DNA of 64,000 nucleotides, from assembly GCF_009914755.1 (NCBI RefSeq), contig NC_060944.1; one strand, given 5' to 3'. The stretch comes from the human T2T-CHM13v2.0 reference genome, Homo sapiens. Positions within the stretch are counted from its first letter, which is position 1. Each line of letters opens with the position of its first letter. Under the pieces are notes generated by a model. It ran no database searches. It was not told the origin of the DNA and saw nothing but the letters and a program-made list of their open reading frames with translations. The translations under genes and the position numbers were made by a program. Positions 1-14,320 of this stretch are shown here, in pieces.

Positions 1-988
<988 letters not shown>

Positions 989-990
<2 letters not shown>

Positions 991-1308
991 GCAAAACACA
1001 TATCTGATAAAAATGTTATATCCAGAATAAAGAAAGCACTGTCACCATTCAAAAATAAGAAAATAAACAACTCACTTTAAAATGGGCAAATGATTTGAAC
1101 AGAAACTTCAAAGAAAACATATGGATGGAAATAAGCATGTACAAATAATAATTTTAGTCAATGAAAAATTGCAAATTAAAATCATGCTATATTAGACACT
1201 GATATATACATTTGAATGGCTAAAATTAAAAAATAAAAATGACAAGTTTTTATGAGAATATGTAGCAACTGGAACATTCATACATGGTGGGAATGGAAAA
1301 TGGTACAA
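989..1308 (+). mobile_element. L1M ORF2 C-terminal/3' fragment, inverted relative to 198-990
   Basis: tatctgataaaa...tatccagaata...aaaatgggcaaatgatttgaacaga...ggtgggaatggaaaatggtacaa. Confidence 0.8.
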
Positions 1309-1334
1309 TTTATTTTCATTTATTTTAATAAAAT

Positions 1335-1739
1335 TATATAGTTTGATATTCCCACCCACATATCATGTTGAAATGTAGTCCCCAATGTTGGAGGTGGGGC
1401 CTGGGGTGGGAGGTGTTTCTGTCATGGGGGCAAATTCCTCATGAATGGCTTGGGTCATCCCCTTGGTGATAAGTGAGCTGTCTGTGTTCACACAAGATCT
1501 GATCCTTTAAAAGTGTGTGGCACCTCCCCATTCCCCTTGCTCCTGCTTTTGTCAAGTTAAGTGTCTGTTGCCACTTTGCCTCCCACCATGAGTAAAAGCT
1601 CTCTGAGGCCTCCTCTGAAGAAGATGCTGCTATGCTTCTTGCACAACCTGTTAGAACCATGATCCAATTAAACTTCTTTTCTTATAGATTACCCCAGTCT
1701 CTGGTATTTTTTATAGCAATGCAAGAACAGCCTAATACA
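1335..1739 (+). mobile_element. MST (MSTB-like) MaLR solo LTR
   Basis: catgttgaaatgtagtccccaatgttggaggtggggcc ... tttatagcaatgcaagaacagcctaataca. Confidence 0.88.
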
Positions 1740-1759
1740 GATACCATAATACATTATTA

Positions 1760-2110
1760 TTATTTTTTTACAATTCATATTCATTTGATTTACCCACACA
1801 TTTACAATTTCTATGGCTCCTCATTCCTTCCCATCTTTCTGTGTTTCTGTTTGGGATGATTTTCCTTCTACTTGGACAACTCTCTGCAGTATTTCTATTA
1901 GTGCAAGGCTGCTGGTGACAGATTCTGTCTGGTTTTGGTTACCTTGAAGTCTATTTATTTCACCTTCACTTTCATAGAATATTTTCTCTGTGTGTATAAA
2001 CCTAGACTTATAGTTATTTTCTTTTAGCATGTCTAATAATTTATTCCATTGTTTTCTGGCTTTGTTTTTAAGAAGTCAGTCAAAATCTCATTGTTTGTAT
2101 GGATTTCCTT
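1760..2110 (-). mobile_element. Old L1M ORF1-region fragment
   Basis: ctgctggtgacagattct...tttatttcaccttcactttc...ttattccattgttttctggct. Confidence 0.7.
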
Positions 2111-2959
2111 GCCACGGGCTTCTGACTTTAAAAAAGTGTTTAATTCATACCTTAATTGTTCCTCATATTTATTCCTATAAGAAGACAGAATATGCTCAAT
2201 ATGTGTTTTAAGTCTACAAGAGCACATTTGGTGGCTTCATTCTCCCATGAGTGTCTGCCCAGCTTTGTAGAAACCCAATCTTCCTTAGTTTCACAAGATC
2301 CCTTGAAGGTAGGGAGTAGCTGATTTTCTAAATGAGAAAGATATAGAGTATAGGGCTTTCCTGAGTCCACCCAAGGTGGTTGAATTGAGAGTAGAACCCT
2401 GCAATGGAACTTGCATTCTCAGATGCAAAACCTTTTTCTCTTCTACTATATAATAATAATGAAAGTCGCTATTATTGCCATGGATTACAGAAACTACTCT
2501 TCCATTTTTGCACTTATTGGTCTAAATGGAGAACTTAACAGACCTGGGTAGAATGTGGGCAGGCTGCCTTCATGAACACACAAGAATGCATTTGTTAGTC
2601 ATTAATCCTCCTGGTTGATCAGAGTAAATCTCAACCCAACTGCCTTATCCAGGGCTTCTTTACTTAAAGGTGCCAGGTATACTTTTGGGATTAAACTTGG
2701 ACTCAGTTTTTGGTACAGTATATACATTTGTTTTCCATTCTCAAAAAAAAAAACCTAACTTAATTCAACTCTCATAATTAAAATATCCTAACTGAATTAG
2801 TAATATCCTAAGCAAACCAATTAAGGCGGGAGGGTTGCAGGCATGTATGTGTTAGGGGAGAAGGGTATTGCATGAATGCCTGAAGGAAGTAAGTAAATCA
2901 AAGTTTATAAAGTACAGCTAATAAAGTGAAAGGCATGATCCTTTAAAAGCATTCTTATA

Positions 2960-3320
2960 AAAAGATTATAGACATTGGAGAGACCTGGGTTGGAAGTGAC
3001 TCTTCCACCTTCAATGTGTGTGATTCCAGAAAGTTGTTTCACTTATTTGAGTGCCAGTGCCTTTGTTTCCTCATCAGAGAACTGTGGATCATAATAGCTA
3101 CATGGAGAGGAAGATGAAGGTAAAAAAAGTTGGTAGAGAAAATAAAGAAGTAAAGTAAATATGGAGGAGGAAGAAGAAAGAAGAGATAAGAAGAAAGATA
3201 AAAACTGGAAGATGGAAAGGATGAGATAGCAAAAGAGTTGTCACAATTAGGGAGGTGATACGAAAATCACTGTACCTGGCATTAAGCAGGCACCTAATAA
3301 ATTGGTGTTGATATTACTAC
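2960..3320 (+). mobile_element. MIR SINE interrupted by a GA-rich tract (~3103-3235)
   Basis: agacctgggtt...tgtttcctcatc...ataatagctac | gagttgtcacaattag...cctggcattaagcaggcacctaataaat. Confidence 0.65.
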
Positions 3321-3504
3321 AATTGGGATTATCCTTCTCTATGTAGCATAGATTAGAACACAAAGTTGATCTGAATTGTGACTGCAACTTTGAGGTATTT
3401 GGACCCTAAACTATTCTCGAATTGTTCTTGCAAAGTCATAATTACTTAAATGTTGACATTTAAAGAGATTGCTTGGACTTCCTGCCTACCTTACACATAA
3501 TTCT

Positions 3505-4520
3505 ATGGCTATCATAAAAAAGACAAAAAATAATTGGTGGCAAGAATGTGAAGAAAAGGGAACTCAAGCACTATTGGTTGGAATGTAAATTAGTACAGTC
3601 ATTATGGAAAACAGTATGGTGCTTCCTCAAAAAACAAAAAATAAAACTACCATATGATCTACCAATCCACTATTGGGTTTGGTAGGTCCTCACTTCATAT
3701 CATGAATAGGTTCTTGGAAATTGTGAATTTAAGTGAAATGATGTACAGCAAGTTCTCAAATACATTGTTTCATTCAACATCATTTCATTACAACATTGGT
3801 GGGAAAAAATTGGTTTCATTATACATAGTTTCACTCAAATTCACAGCTTTCAAGAACCTATTCATAACACTGAGGATTTACTGTATCTATTCAAGGAAAA
3901 GAAATCAGTATGTGAAAGTTATATCTGCATTCCCCTGTTTATTGCAGCACCATTCGCAATAGCCAAGATATGGAATCAACTTAAGTGTACATCAGCAGGT
4001 GAGTGAATAAAGAACATGTGGTGTATATAAACAAAGAAACATCACTTAGTCGTAAAAGAAGTGAAATCTTGTTCTTCCTGGCAACATGGATGAGCCTAGA
4101 GAACATTCTGTTAAGTGAAATAAGCCAGGCACAGAAGGATAAATACAGCATGTTCTCTCTCATATGTGGAAGCTAAAAAAGTTGATCTCATAGAAGCAGA
4201 GAGTAGAGTAGTGGTTATTGGAGGCTGGGAAGGATGGGGCAGGAGGATAAGGAGAGGTTGGTTAATGGATTCAAAATTACAGCTAGATAGGAAGAATAAG
4301 TTCTTGTGTTCCATAGCACTGTTCAGTAAATACAGTTAAGAATAATTTATTGTATGTTTTCAGATAGCTAGAAGAAAGCATTCTGGGTGTTCCCAACACA
4401 AACAAATCATAATGTTTAAGGTGATGGATGTGTTAATTACCCTGATTTTATCATTATACATTGTATATATGTATTGTAATATCACACTGTAACCCATAAA
4501 TATGTATAATTATTATGTAT
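3505..4520 (+). mobile_element. L1MA (L1MA4/5-like) 3' end with MER6 insertion
   Basis: aaagttgatctcatagaagcagagagtaga, aaaattacagctagatagga, cccataaatatgtataattattatg, A-rich tail. Confidence 0.9.
3680..3883 (-). mobile_element. MER6B-like MITE (TcMar-Tigger)
   Basis: Long TIRs gtaggtcctcactt...aataggttcttggaa / tcaagaacctatt...tgaggatttactg followed by TA. Confidence 0.8.
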
Positions 4521-5099
4521 TAAAATAATAAAATATTCTAAGTTAGACACCATAAATAAATAAATAAAAGTATACTTATCTATAAGAATAAGAGGATTAT
4601 CATAGAAAACCAAAGTCAAAGTCTTCTTATATTTTTTACCTTTAAAAAAATAGTTTCTGAATTTTTGACATTATGGAAATCTTCTAGAGGTTGTTTCATC
4701 TTCTGACTTAAAAAAATTGACCTTTAACATAAGATCCTTTCCTTGTTAATATTTTTATAATTCTACAATATGAGACCATGGTATAATTAAGTTTAAAAAG
4801 CCCAAGTAAATAATTAGGAGAGTGTTGTACTTGAGTTAAAGAAAAAATCAGTCTATCATTGAGTAAAACACACTAGAGAGGAAGAAAACAATTAATAAAT
4901 GAGATGAAGTACCGTAGGAAAAAATTAGCTTACGATGGCTTCTTGAGAAGACAGTCAAAATAAGCAATTGATGCAGTGACAGACTTTACAGGAAACATTA
5001 AAAAGCCCAGATGGCTCAAGTTTACATGTTTACAGTTAAGCTTGGAAAGCCAGTTAAATCTTGCAAGTGCCACTCAGTTAACTAGAAGATTTTCCATTC

Positions 5100-5280
5100 T
5101 GAGGATGAGAAAAAAGTTGAAAAGGGATGGGACAGGAAGGAAGAGAAGAGAAAGATGTAGGAAGAGAGAGTAAGATGAAAAGATGATGAGGCTGAAATGA
5201 TGATTGAGAAGAAGTCAAATGAGTATAGAAAAGAAAAAGAGGGAACAAGAAGGAAGAGAAAAGTGGAGTATGGAAATAAC
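5100..5280 (+). repeat. GA-rich low-complexity tract
   Basis: Purine-dominated, no clear period. Confidence 0.7.
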
Positions 5281-5764
5281 AATTAAAATCAATGAAAGAC
5301 TTGTAAAGATGCTCAGGTTTTCTAGTAACTGATACCCGTTTTACTTCTTTAGTGTTATATTAGAAGTAAATAGTTTGGGGGAAAGTGGAAAGGAACTATT
5401 TTAGGGAAGTTCAGCTCTGTTCTATTCCACTGGGCAAAGAAGAACCTGGTTTTGTTGGTAAATTGACCTCTGTTTATTATAAAATAGTGACTTTTATGGT
5501 GTAGTTAGAATAGCTTTGGGATTCACCGGCAATGTGGTTTGCTACAGTTCTCCTACAAAAACGGTGACAAATGCAGTGACAATGAAAAATAAGATGTTTG
5601 TGGAGAAATACTTCAGAGTATTGCCACAATGACCTCTCTAGCCAATGGTTGGGGTGAAATTATTTCTCAAAGAATAAAGGAAGCAACCATAAACTCTGAG
5701 CAAAAACAATTCTGTTTACAAACCTAATAATGACATAAATCAATTTAATTTTTGGACTTAAAAG

Positions 5765-5981
5765 CAGGGTTTCCTAACAGTGGCATTATTGACATTTTAG
5801 ACTGGATAATTCTTTGTTGTGGGGATTTGTTGTCCTCTGTATTATAGGATGTATAGCATCTCTGGCCTCTACCCACTACATGCCAGTAGCACCCCCACTT
5901 CAGGCTGTCACAATAAAAAATGTTTTCATACATTTCCAAATGTCCCAAGTGGGCAAAGTTTTCCCCAGGGGAGAACCATGG
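5765..5981 (-). mobile_element. MER20 (hAT-Charlie)
   Basis: tattgacattttagactggataattctttgttgtgggg...ggcctctacccactacatgccagtagcacc; imperfect 8-bp TSD cttaaaag/ctttagag. Confidence 0.9.
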
Positions 5982-6080
5982 CTTTAGAGGCATTGACTAA
6001 CTTCACCAATTTGTTACATCAAAAAATATGTTGACTATATTTAAATAAAGATACTACACATCTATACACCCTTTATTACT

Positions 6081-6205
6081 ATTTTTTTTTAGAGATAGGA
6101 TCTTGCTGTATTGCCGAGGCTATACTCAAACTCCTGGGCTCAAGAAATCCTCTCGCCTCAGCCTTCTGAGTAGCTGGGACCACAAGTGTGCTTGTGCACT
6201 TGACT
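6081..6205 (-). mobile_element. FLAM Alu monomer
   Basis: Single arm; flanking imperfect direct repeat atct(a/g)t(a/g)caccctt. Confidence 0.85.
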
Positions 6206-6365
6206 ACTCAGATCTGTGCACCCTTATTTAAGGTTTTTTTTGAAACACGTTCATAAATTTTGTTCTTTCTTATCATGCACATTCTAGGGAGAAAATCAGG
6301 GGAGATTATATTATACCTCTTTCCCCAAGGAAACTGAGACACTGAGGAAAAGTGAAGTCCAAATT

Positions 6366-6669
6366 ATATAGGTCCTAGTTTGGGTTCTCCAAGAATCAGA
6401 CTCTGGGAGAAGTATCTGAGTGCAAGTTTATTTAGGAGTTGGTCCCAGGAAGCTTCAGCTGAGGATGCAGAAAAAGAAAGGGAGGCAACCATTAAACAAA
6501 TGATACGTACCAAGGAGTTCCTCGCTACCTCAAACTGAAGTTTAACCCTGCTGGAGAACTTTGAGGGCCAGTGCAAAACATGTACCTCAAAGATATTCTG
6601 AGGGGCAAGGGAGCTGGATTATTTGTACACTAATTCTTTCTGGTCACTGATTAAGAGCTGATCCCAGGA
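6366..6669 (-). mobile_element. LTR33-like ERVL LTR, part 1
   Basis: gggttctccaagaatcagactctg...gagtgcaagtttatttagga...gaggggcaagggagctgg. Confidence 0.75.
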
Positions 6670-8042
6670 TGAGGCAGAATCATGGCTCCCCCAAAATATC
6701 CACATTCTAATTCCTGGAACATGTGAAGAGCTTGCCTTACATAGAAAAAGGGATTTTGCAGAGGTGATTAAGTTTTGCACCTTGACGTTGGGAGATCGTC
6801 TGTGATTATCTGGGTTGGCCCAATATAATCACGAGGGTCTTTATAAGTGAAAGAGGGAGGCTGGAGTGTGAGAGTCAGAGAAGGAGATGTGACAGTGGCA
6901 TCAGATTGTCACATGTAAGACAAATTCAACTATCTGTTGCTGGCTTTGAAGATAGAAGGTGGCCATGAGCCAAGAAATGTGAGAAGCCTCTAGAAGGTGG
7001 AGAAAGAAAGAAAACAAATTCTTCCTTAGAGCCTCCAGAAAGGAATACAGTCTTACTGGCACCTTGACTTTAACCCAGTGAGACCCATTGCAAACTTCTG
7101 ACCTCCAGAATTATGTGATAATGATGTATTTACTTAAGCCACTAAATTTATGGCAACCTGTTACACAACCAATAGAAACTAATACTGATTTTGGTACCAG
7201 AGTGGAGTGCTGCTGTAAAAAAATATGTAAAAATGGTTTTGAAATTGGGCAGTGGGCAAAGGTTGGAAGAATTTTGGCTGGCAGGATAGAAAAAGCTTAG
7301 ATAGCCTTGAACAGACTTATAGTAGAAATATGGATGTTAATGACTCTGTTGGTGAGGACTTGACGGATTTGAGGAGCACAATAGAAAAAACATATCATCT
7401 CAGAAAATACCTAAATTTTCATGAATAGACTTTTGGCAGAAATACAAATGTTAAAAGTTTTGCTGGAAAGGCTTCAGATAGAAACAGGGAAGCTTTTTTT
7501 TTTCTTGGAAGTGGGAGGGAAGGAGATCCTTGTTATACAGTGACAGAAAACTTAGGTGAATTGTGTTTTACAGTTATTTGGAAAGCAAAATTTATAAATG
7601 ATGAATTTGGAGATTTAGCTGAGGAGATTTCTAAGAAAAGGGAAGAAGGTGCAAACTGTTTACTTCTTGTTGCTTATAGTAAAATGTGAGAGAAAAGAGA
7701 TAGATTGAAAGAAGAACTGTAAAACAAAAAGGAAGATTGTCCTGGATTTTGAGTGGGCTCAATGTTATCAGAGTCCTTATAAGTAAAAGAGAGGGCCAGG
7801 AGAATCAGTATCAGAGAAGGAGATACAATGGAGTAGAAGTCAGAGTGGTGTGATATGAGAACAACTGAATATCTTTGAAGGTAGAAGGGAGCCATGAGCC
7901 AAAGAATGTGGGAAGCATCTAATAAGGTAGAAAATGCAAGAAAATGAATTATTCACTGGAGCCTCCAGAAAGGAATGCAGCCCTGTTGACCTTTTGGTTT
8001 GAGCCCAGCAATACCCATTTTGGACTTCTGACCTCCAGAATT
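6670..8042 (+). mobile_element. MLT1D-like MaLR: LTR (6670-7186), internal region (7187-7734), partial second LTR (7735-8042)
   Basis: LTR ends aaactaatac, followed by gattttggtacc (MaLR internal start); second LTR copy repeats gagcctccagaaaggaat...acttctgacctccagaatt. Confidence 0.85.
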
Positions 8043-8129
8043 TTGTGTCTATGTAAAAATGTATATATATGTAAATAAAATTATATACACATATATATTA
8101 TACAATTAATATATGTATTGCACTAATGC

Positions 8130-8275
8130 AAGGGTAATTATTTCCCTAGGTCTTCTGATCTGCTGTGTGCTCATGTAGAGTGATATGCAGATTTTGTCAT
8201 TGAAAATTTGGTTTGGCAGACTGCAATAAAAGGGGCCAGAGGGTTATGGAGACAGGTTCTAATCTGTCTACTAAA
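8130..8275 (-). mobile_element. LTR33-like LTR, part 2
   Basis: Resumes the LTR33 pattern (ggggccagagggttatggagacagg...tctgtctacta). Confidence 0.55.
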
Positions 8276-8459
8276 CAACTTGTGGTAGAAATAAGTCTTG
8301 AGTCTATAGTTTTTGATTCCCAATTCAGTGCCCATTATGTTATACTGTGACATAAATGAAGCCTCCAAATCATGAATCTAAAAAAAATGCTTATTTTTTT
8401 AAAAAATGTTTTATTCCTTGTCCAACGGTAAAATTTTCTTCTATACCTGGTTGTTTATT

Positions 8460-8630
8460 AAAGGGAATTTAATATGAAAGTGAATTAAGAGGTTGGAAGA
8501 ACTGAAAGGACAAACAGCAGCAGTTGAGACAGCCCATAGATCAGCAACATCAGGAAGCTGCTGCCACCATTAGGTCTGCAGCAACAAAGGGAGGAGGTGG
8601 TGTTCTCAGAACCCAAGGATTGGGGTCACA
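8460..8630. mobile_element. Ancient LTR fragment (LTR78/79-like)
   Basis: gggaatttaatat...caggaagctgctgccacc...aacaaagggaggaggtggtgtt. Confidence 0.45.
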
Positions 8631-9349
8631 CAAAAGGAAATAGGACAATGCATATGCACTCTATACATTTCTGAAATATTGTGTTAAATAATTTTCCACT
8701 GATGACCCACTCTGATGGAGAACAGCAATGGCACAATTCATCAAAACATTTTAACAATAGATTAATTTGGGATTAATAAATTAGTTAGTGGAGCACCTCC
8801 TTGGTACTTGTTTTTCGAGATAAAGCAGCAAATGAAAGAGATGAGGTCCTTGACCTTTTTGAGGAAAGTACAAAAGCCTGAGATGGGAATGTACTTGGAA
8901 GATTCAAGAAAAATCAAGAGGTCTGTTGCTTTCTGAGCTGGGACACATGAAAGGAGAAGATATTAGAAAGGCTTTAGGAACCTCCCATTTCTCTATCCAA
9001 AGCATCCAGAATGATTCTGTAAATGGGGAACATCTCAAGAGATGAATGAAAGAGGGCAGAGAAGTAAAATCATGGGTGCATTTCTTTTTTTTTCTCTCAG
9101 TTGCATCTTGACTGTCTCAGTTAAGACACTGAGCATCTTTGCATTCCTGGAAGTCTTTGTCAGCATTCTATGTAGCTACTCCATTTCTTTTGAGCTTGTG
9201 GGCTGCAAAGAATCTAAGATAACACCTGAGGTTGGTTCTCTTCCAATATTCCAGTATTCCAATACTCAATTCTCACTTTAGTTACACTCCCATAAAGGCA
9301 GATAGATCTTGGAGAAAGACATCTTCAGTTAGGCTTGTTTCCTTTAACA

Positions 9350-9830
9350 TCTCAGCAGGAAACAGACACCACACTTAAATGGCATATTGAGGAGAGTTTA
9401 ATGATGGGGTTCTTTGTACAAAACTACAATAGGTTGAGGAAAACCAACAGAATGGCAGAGCATCTGGGGCTACTAACATCAGGGTGTGTTACCCCTCCTA
9501 GACCTGAAGGGGTAAAGGGATGGAGACGTTGTCAAAACAGGAAGGCTCTCTCGTTGTGGTTGTGTTTATGAAGAAGGGATCACTCAACAAAAGTCACGGC
9601 TTTTGACAGAGGAATGCAGCCACTGCCTACCAAAGCCTAAAGGGAGGGAGCTGGAAGAAAAATACCTTGATCCCATCGTGCCCTCTTCCTCCTTCACACC
9701 ATGCTTCTGCTTGTTAGTGCCTCCTACTGGCCAAGCCCAGGGTTCCCAATGCAGCCTTCTGTAGAGGTCAGTCCCTGGGATGCAGAGCAGAGTAGAAAAG
9801 GGTGCACGATGGATCCAGAGGGGCAAAGTA
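9350..9830. mobile_element. Ancient LTR (LTR78/79-like)
   Basis: caggaaacagacaccacac...gaggagagtttaat...ttacccctcctagacctgaagggg...tggatccagaggggcaaa. Confidence 0.6.
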
Positions 9831-11058
9831 ATATATGGGTAATAGTTCTCTTGAAGAAGATTAACTTTATATTAACAATGATTCCTCCAACAATCAAAAT
9901 CATCTTGAATTTGTGATCCTTCAGAAAGAACCCAGAATTAAGCTAAACTTTGCTCTGTTAAAACAGAAAAAGATTTGCTATGTAATTGTACAGCATAAAT
10001 AAAATTGCTTTGGGTGGGATTGTATCACTAAATCTTTATATAAAGATATGAAAGCACTTTGAAGGATTTTACCTGCAAGTAATTGCTTTGGTAGTTAAAT
10101 AACCATTATCCTTTTTTTTTTTTTTAAAGCAAATATACTCCCAAAGACCTGTCAATCCTTATTTACCTTCTCAGAAATGAATGTACCAGAAATCTTGCTT
10201 TAAAAAATATTCTTTGAATGCACTTTCCCTGTCCATTTGGTTTCCCCAAACCCAATCTGACTGAGCCGGGATTTTCTGTAGTCACATGTTTACCTGTGGT
10301 GTGTCCATTAGGGACATGACAACAGCCATTATGTAAGTAAACCATAGAGGGTCTGATTTCTCACTTGATCTTGTATATTATTTCTCTTTCTTTGTGTTAG
10401 CTCTTCTGCACCTGTGTTTGAGTTAACTCTTGGCTCTGAGGACATTTAGGGGATGATTAGAATATTTAAAACCAGCGAGTAAACAGATCTCATAATTAGT
10501 TGATTGCCTGTGTAGACAAACAGAAGAGATTGTTGTATTGTTACAGGATCTCAAAGCAAGCATCCCTTTTGGGAACTTAATAAACTTCCCCCTTTTCAGG
10601 CCTGCCCTGGTCATTTGGCGTCAGAGACCACGAGGTCATGCCCATGACAAAAAGCTTCCTGCAGAACCTTTGTTGGAAGTATTTTGTTTTGAATGGGCAA
10701 GTATTAAGTTGGCAGACTTAGTCATTGGGAACAAACTTGAGGAATAGATTGGGCAGGATTGAGAAGGTGGCATTTTATTTTAATTTTCTTTGGGGATGTG
10801 GGGCCTACTGCTCCCACCAGCCAGGACAATGAGGAAGGGGAAGGACAAGAAGAGGCAAAGTAAATAGAGAAGATCAGAGAGACAGCCAGAAATTCTAATA
10901 CAGATGGAGTTGATGGAAGCAACATTTGTGTTTATTCCCTGACATTTATCATCATCTGGAATAACTTTTTTAGTGCTCCAATGGTTGCTGAACTTCCATA
11001 TAGCATTATACAACAACTTGCATTGTAATTGCTTAATTTCCTATCTTCCCCTTCTAGA

Positions 11059-11220
11059 TAAATGCTTCCAATAGAACTTTCTGTGACAATGGAAATTTTC
11101 TGCATTTGCAATGTGGCTATTGAGTACTTGAAATGTGGCTAGTGCAATTAAAGACTAAAATTTTAATTTTACATTTAAATAGCCACATGTGGCTAGTTGC
11201 TACCATATTGGACCCCAGAG
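11059..11220 (+). mobile_element. MER3 (hAT-Charlie) inserted in an L2 3' fragment (~10985-11310)
   Basis: ccaatagaactttctgtgacaatggaaa...tagccacatgtggctagttgctaccatattggac; ctaga on both flanks. Confidence 0.85.
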
Positions 11221-12489
11221 CGCTAGACTATAAGCTTTGCGAACCTAGGGACCACATGGGCCATCATCGCGTGCCTAAATAATAGTAGGCAATCAAGGGA
11301 TATTCGCTATATTTAGGAACAAAGGAAGGAAAAGAGAGAGGGAGAGAGAAAAGGGGATGGAATCTCACATGTGGATGAATGTACAGGTAGAAATTTGGAA
11401 GGATGGGGAACAGTGGGACTGTGTACTTCTTGTGTTTGGGAAGATATTTCTACGCTATAAGAATCGCTTAAAAGCACTAACTCAGATAGTTGAGATTTTG
11501 AAAGACTAAACCTCAGTTTAAAGATTTAACTTGCTTTCTTCTCTCCATTCTATTTTCTTTGAGCTTTCAGACCCTGATACAGCTGAATGCTTTTTAAGCA
11601 TTATAGTGCAGAACTCTACATGGATGTTAGAAGTCTTCCCAGCAATTTGGTGGTTTATACAGGGCATCCCATGTGAAGGAGAATCACCTGGGATGTGGTG
11701 GCGCCTCTGTCCCTCGTAAACTGAATGACATTAACACTTAATCTCCTTGCATGTCGTTCTACTTTTGTAAGACTGTGGGGTTAAATGAGCTAGTTTCTAT
11801 GTTCCCTCCTGGTTCTGACATTGTAAATATGTATCAGGGTACTTGTTAACCTTTAAAAAAGTAGAACCATTTAACTTTATTTATAAAATACATGTATTTA
11901 GCTGCCTACTCACCAGTATGGGGGATTTTCCATCACACTGATGCAGCTTTCAGTTGGATATTACTTACAGACAAACTGGGGACAATGCAATTACTTGAAA
12001 AGAGAATTTACGATGACCAAAACTTTGCAGTAGCATTTTTTTTTTTTAAACAGCAGCTAAAACTATTTTAGAAGCATTGGCTTGACTGTGTAAACAAACA
12101 CTGACTCATTTAAGTAATTGTAACTACTGAATTCAATATTTACAATGCTAAATTTAAAGACATTCATTAGTAATGTGTAGCCTTAAAAGAAGTATGAGTC
12201 ATTTACTTTATCTCTTAAAAGACAAAACTTCTCCTATTAAAAGATAAGAAAACATGCAAATCAAATTTTATAGTTAAACTCATACATTCTTAAAATGTAA
12301 AAGTAATATATGCACAGTAAACAATATTTGGACATGAAAGGAAATAGGAGAAAGATTCGCCAACAGCTTTGGTGCTTCACTGATATCACTATGTTTAATA
12401 TTTTGGGTTTTTTTTTGTGCATGTTTCTTTTTATATATTATAATTTTAATTATACATATATGTAACATGTATATGTTGCTTAAATTATA

Positions 12490-13410
12490 AATTATGAAAT
12501 GTTTCAGACCTCTAGAACAATATAGAAAATAATATAGGCCACATCATATGCTTATTACCTAGATTTCAGAGGTAAGTTTGGACATGTTCGTGTCAGATCT
12601 CTTTCTTGTTTCAGATCTTTTTATTTTTAAATAATAAAATACTGTGGATACTGCGCCACATTCATCCTATTCCTTTCTTCTCTTCCCTCCTGAAATTGGT
12701 CTCCATTCTCATTCATTCTTTTCTAGTTTTCTTACAAATATATGAATCCACAAATAATTTATAATATTATCTTACATGTTTCAAATGTGCATAGATGTTA
12801 TTATATACAACACATGGTTTTCTTTCATTATAAAGTTTTTGATATTTATCTGTGTTGGTACATATACATCTAGTTCATCCATTTTAGCTGCTATATGACA
12901 TTCCATTTATGAATAACCCACAATGACTTAACCTCTTTGTCTGTGATATGTAAGTTGTTTCCATAATTTTTACTATAGTGAAAATTTTGTAAGAAACATC
13001 CTTTACAAATTTCTTTGTGAATACATGTGAGGAATTTTTTTTTAGGGTATAAACCCAGATTGATAGATTGACTGGTAGAACATCTTCAAATGTGCTAGGT
13101 ATTGTCAAATTGCTCTTTCAAGTAATTGAACTAATTTGCACCCCATGTCAGTTGTGTAAAAGTCTCATTTTACCTTATTTTTACCAACAATTGGTACTTT
13201 CAGACTTTTGGCTTTCAAAGTTGGTTACTTTGATGAGTATAAAGTCATATTTTACCATTGTTTTCATTTGTATTTTGTTATTTCACTGATTTCTGCTGAG
13301 GCTGAAAAATCTTCATATTTGTATTGGTCATTTGGATTTCTCCTTCTGTGAGCTTCCCTGGAATCCTTCACCTTTGGTTGTTTCTTTTCCTTACTGATTT
13401 GAAGAAGCAG
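12490..13410 (-). mobile_element. L1ME 3' region
   Basis: tctagttcatccattttagctgct, agttgtttccataatttttactat, ggtattgtcaaattgctctt, gtattggtcatttggatttc. Confidence 0.75.
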
Positions 13411-14079
13411 TCTTTGGACCAATTTATTACAATTTTGTGAAATGAGTACTTAACAAAAAGTATATTTATTTACTCATGTGAGCTTCATTCGTGTTTAACA
13501 ACCATTTATAAACAAATATGATAAAAATTTATCAAAAGTTTAAGATTTTAAGGTGACTCAAAGGTCATATTTCATGGGTATGAAATCTAAACTGTGAAAA
13601 GTAACTTTCAAAAAGCATTTTTTTTTTGAAGAATGTAGAGAAGACTACACATAGCTGTTACAGTGTTGGAAACAATTCTATAGGAGATTGCAAAAGACCA
13701 GCTGATGTCATCATTTTACCCTCCTGGAACATCTATTTGTTACACCCTGAAACCGAACTGATCCTTCAGAAAACATTTTCCCTGTATTTTTTTTCTTCAG
13801 CTGAGGTCCTCTTTGGGCCCAAAGACTACAAAATCTAATTTCTAGAGAAGTATAGAGGGTGGTCTAGACTTCTTGCATAAAAAACTAAATCATCTTATGT
13901 ATTAGACAGTTTACAAAGGCATAGATATTTGTGATTAAAGTCCTTTTTACTTGAAAATCATAGCTCATCTACCTGTGGTTGTTTGCCTGTCCTCTTTGCT
14001 GTCCCTCCTCCCATTTGGTTCATGCTTCCTTTTCCCCTTGGCAGCCCACAGTAAACACCCTCCTGGTTACTTCCAGGGA

Positions 14080-14320
14080 GGCAGAGTGAAGTGATGGAAG
14101 TAGTGTTAGGTTGAGGCAAAGACTCCTGGTGTTCTTGGAATCATTTAGGCTTGGAATAAATTCTCATGCGCTCTGTAACTTTCTATCTAGATGGGCTTGT
14201 AACTGACCTCCAAAGTTCTGTTTCTTCATCCATAAAATGAGAATTATCATAACTTGTTGTAAGCCTAGTGATGTCACAGAGGGTGCCTCATTAAATTAGG
14301 GTTCCTAGGGCAATCAGTAA
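14080..14320 (+). mobile_element. MIR fragment(s)
   Basis: ctgtttcttcatccataaaatgagaattatcataac core. Confidence 0.55.

Noticed and set aside
10538-10747. 69-aa ORF after ttgttacag in unique DNA
   Set aside because: No recognisable protein, weak pyrimidine tract, no clear donor.
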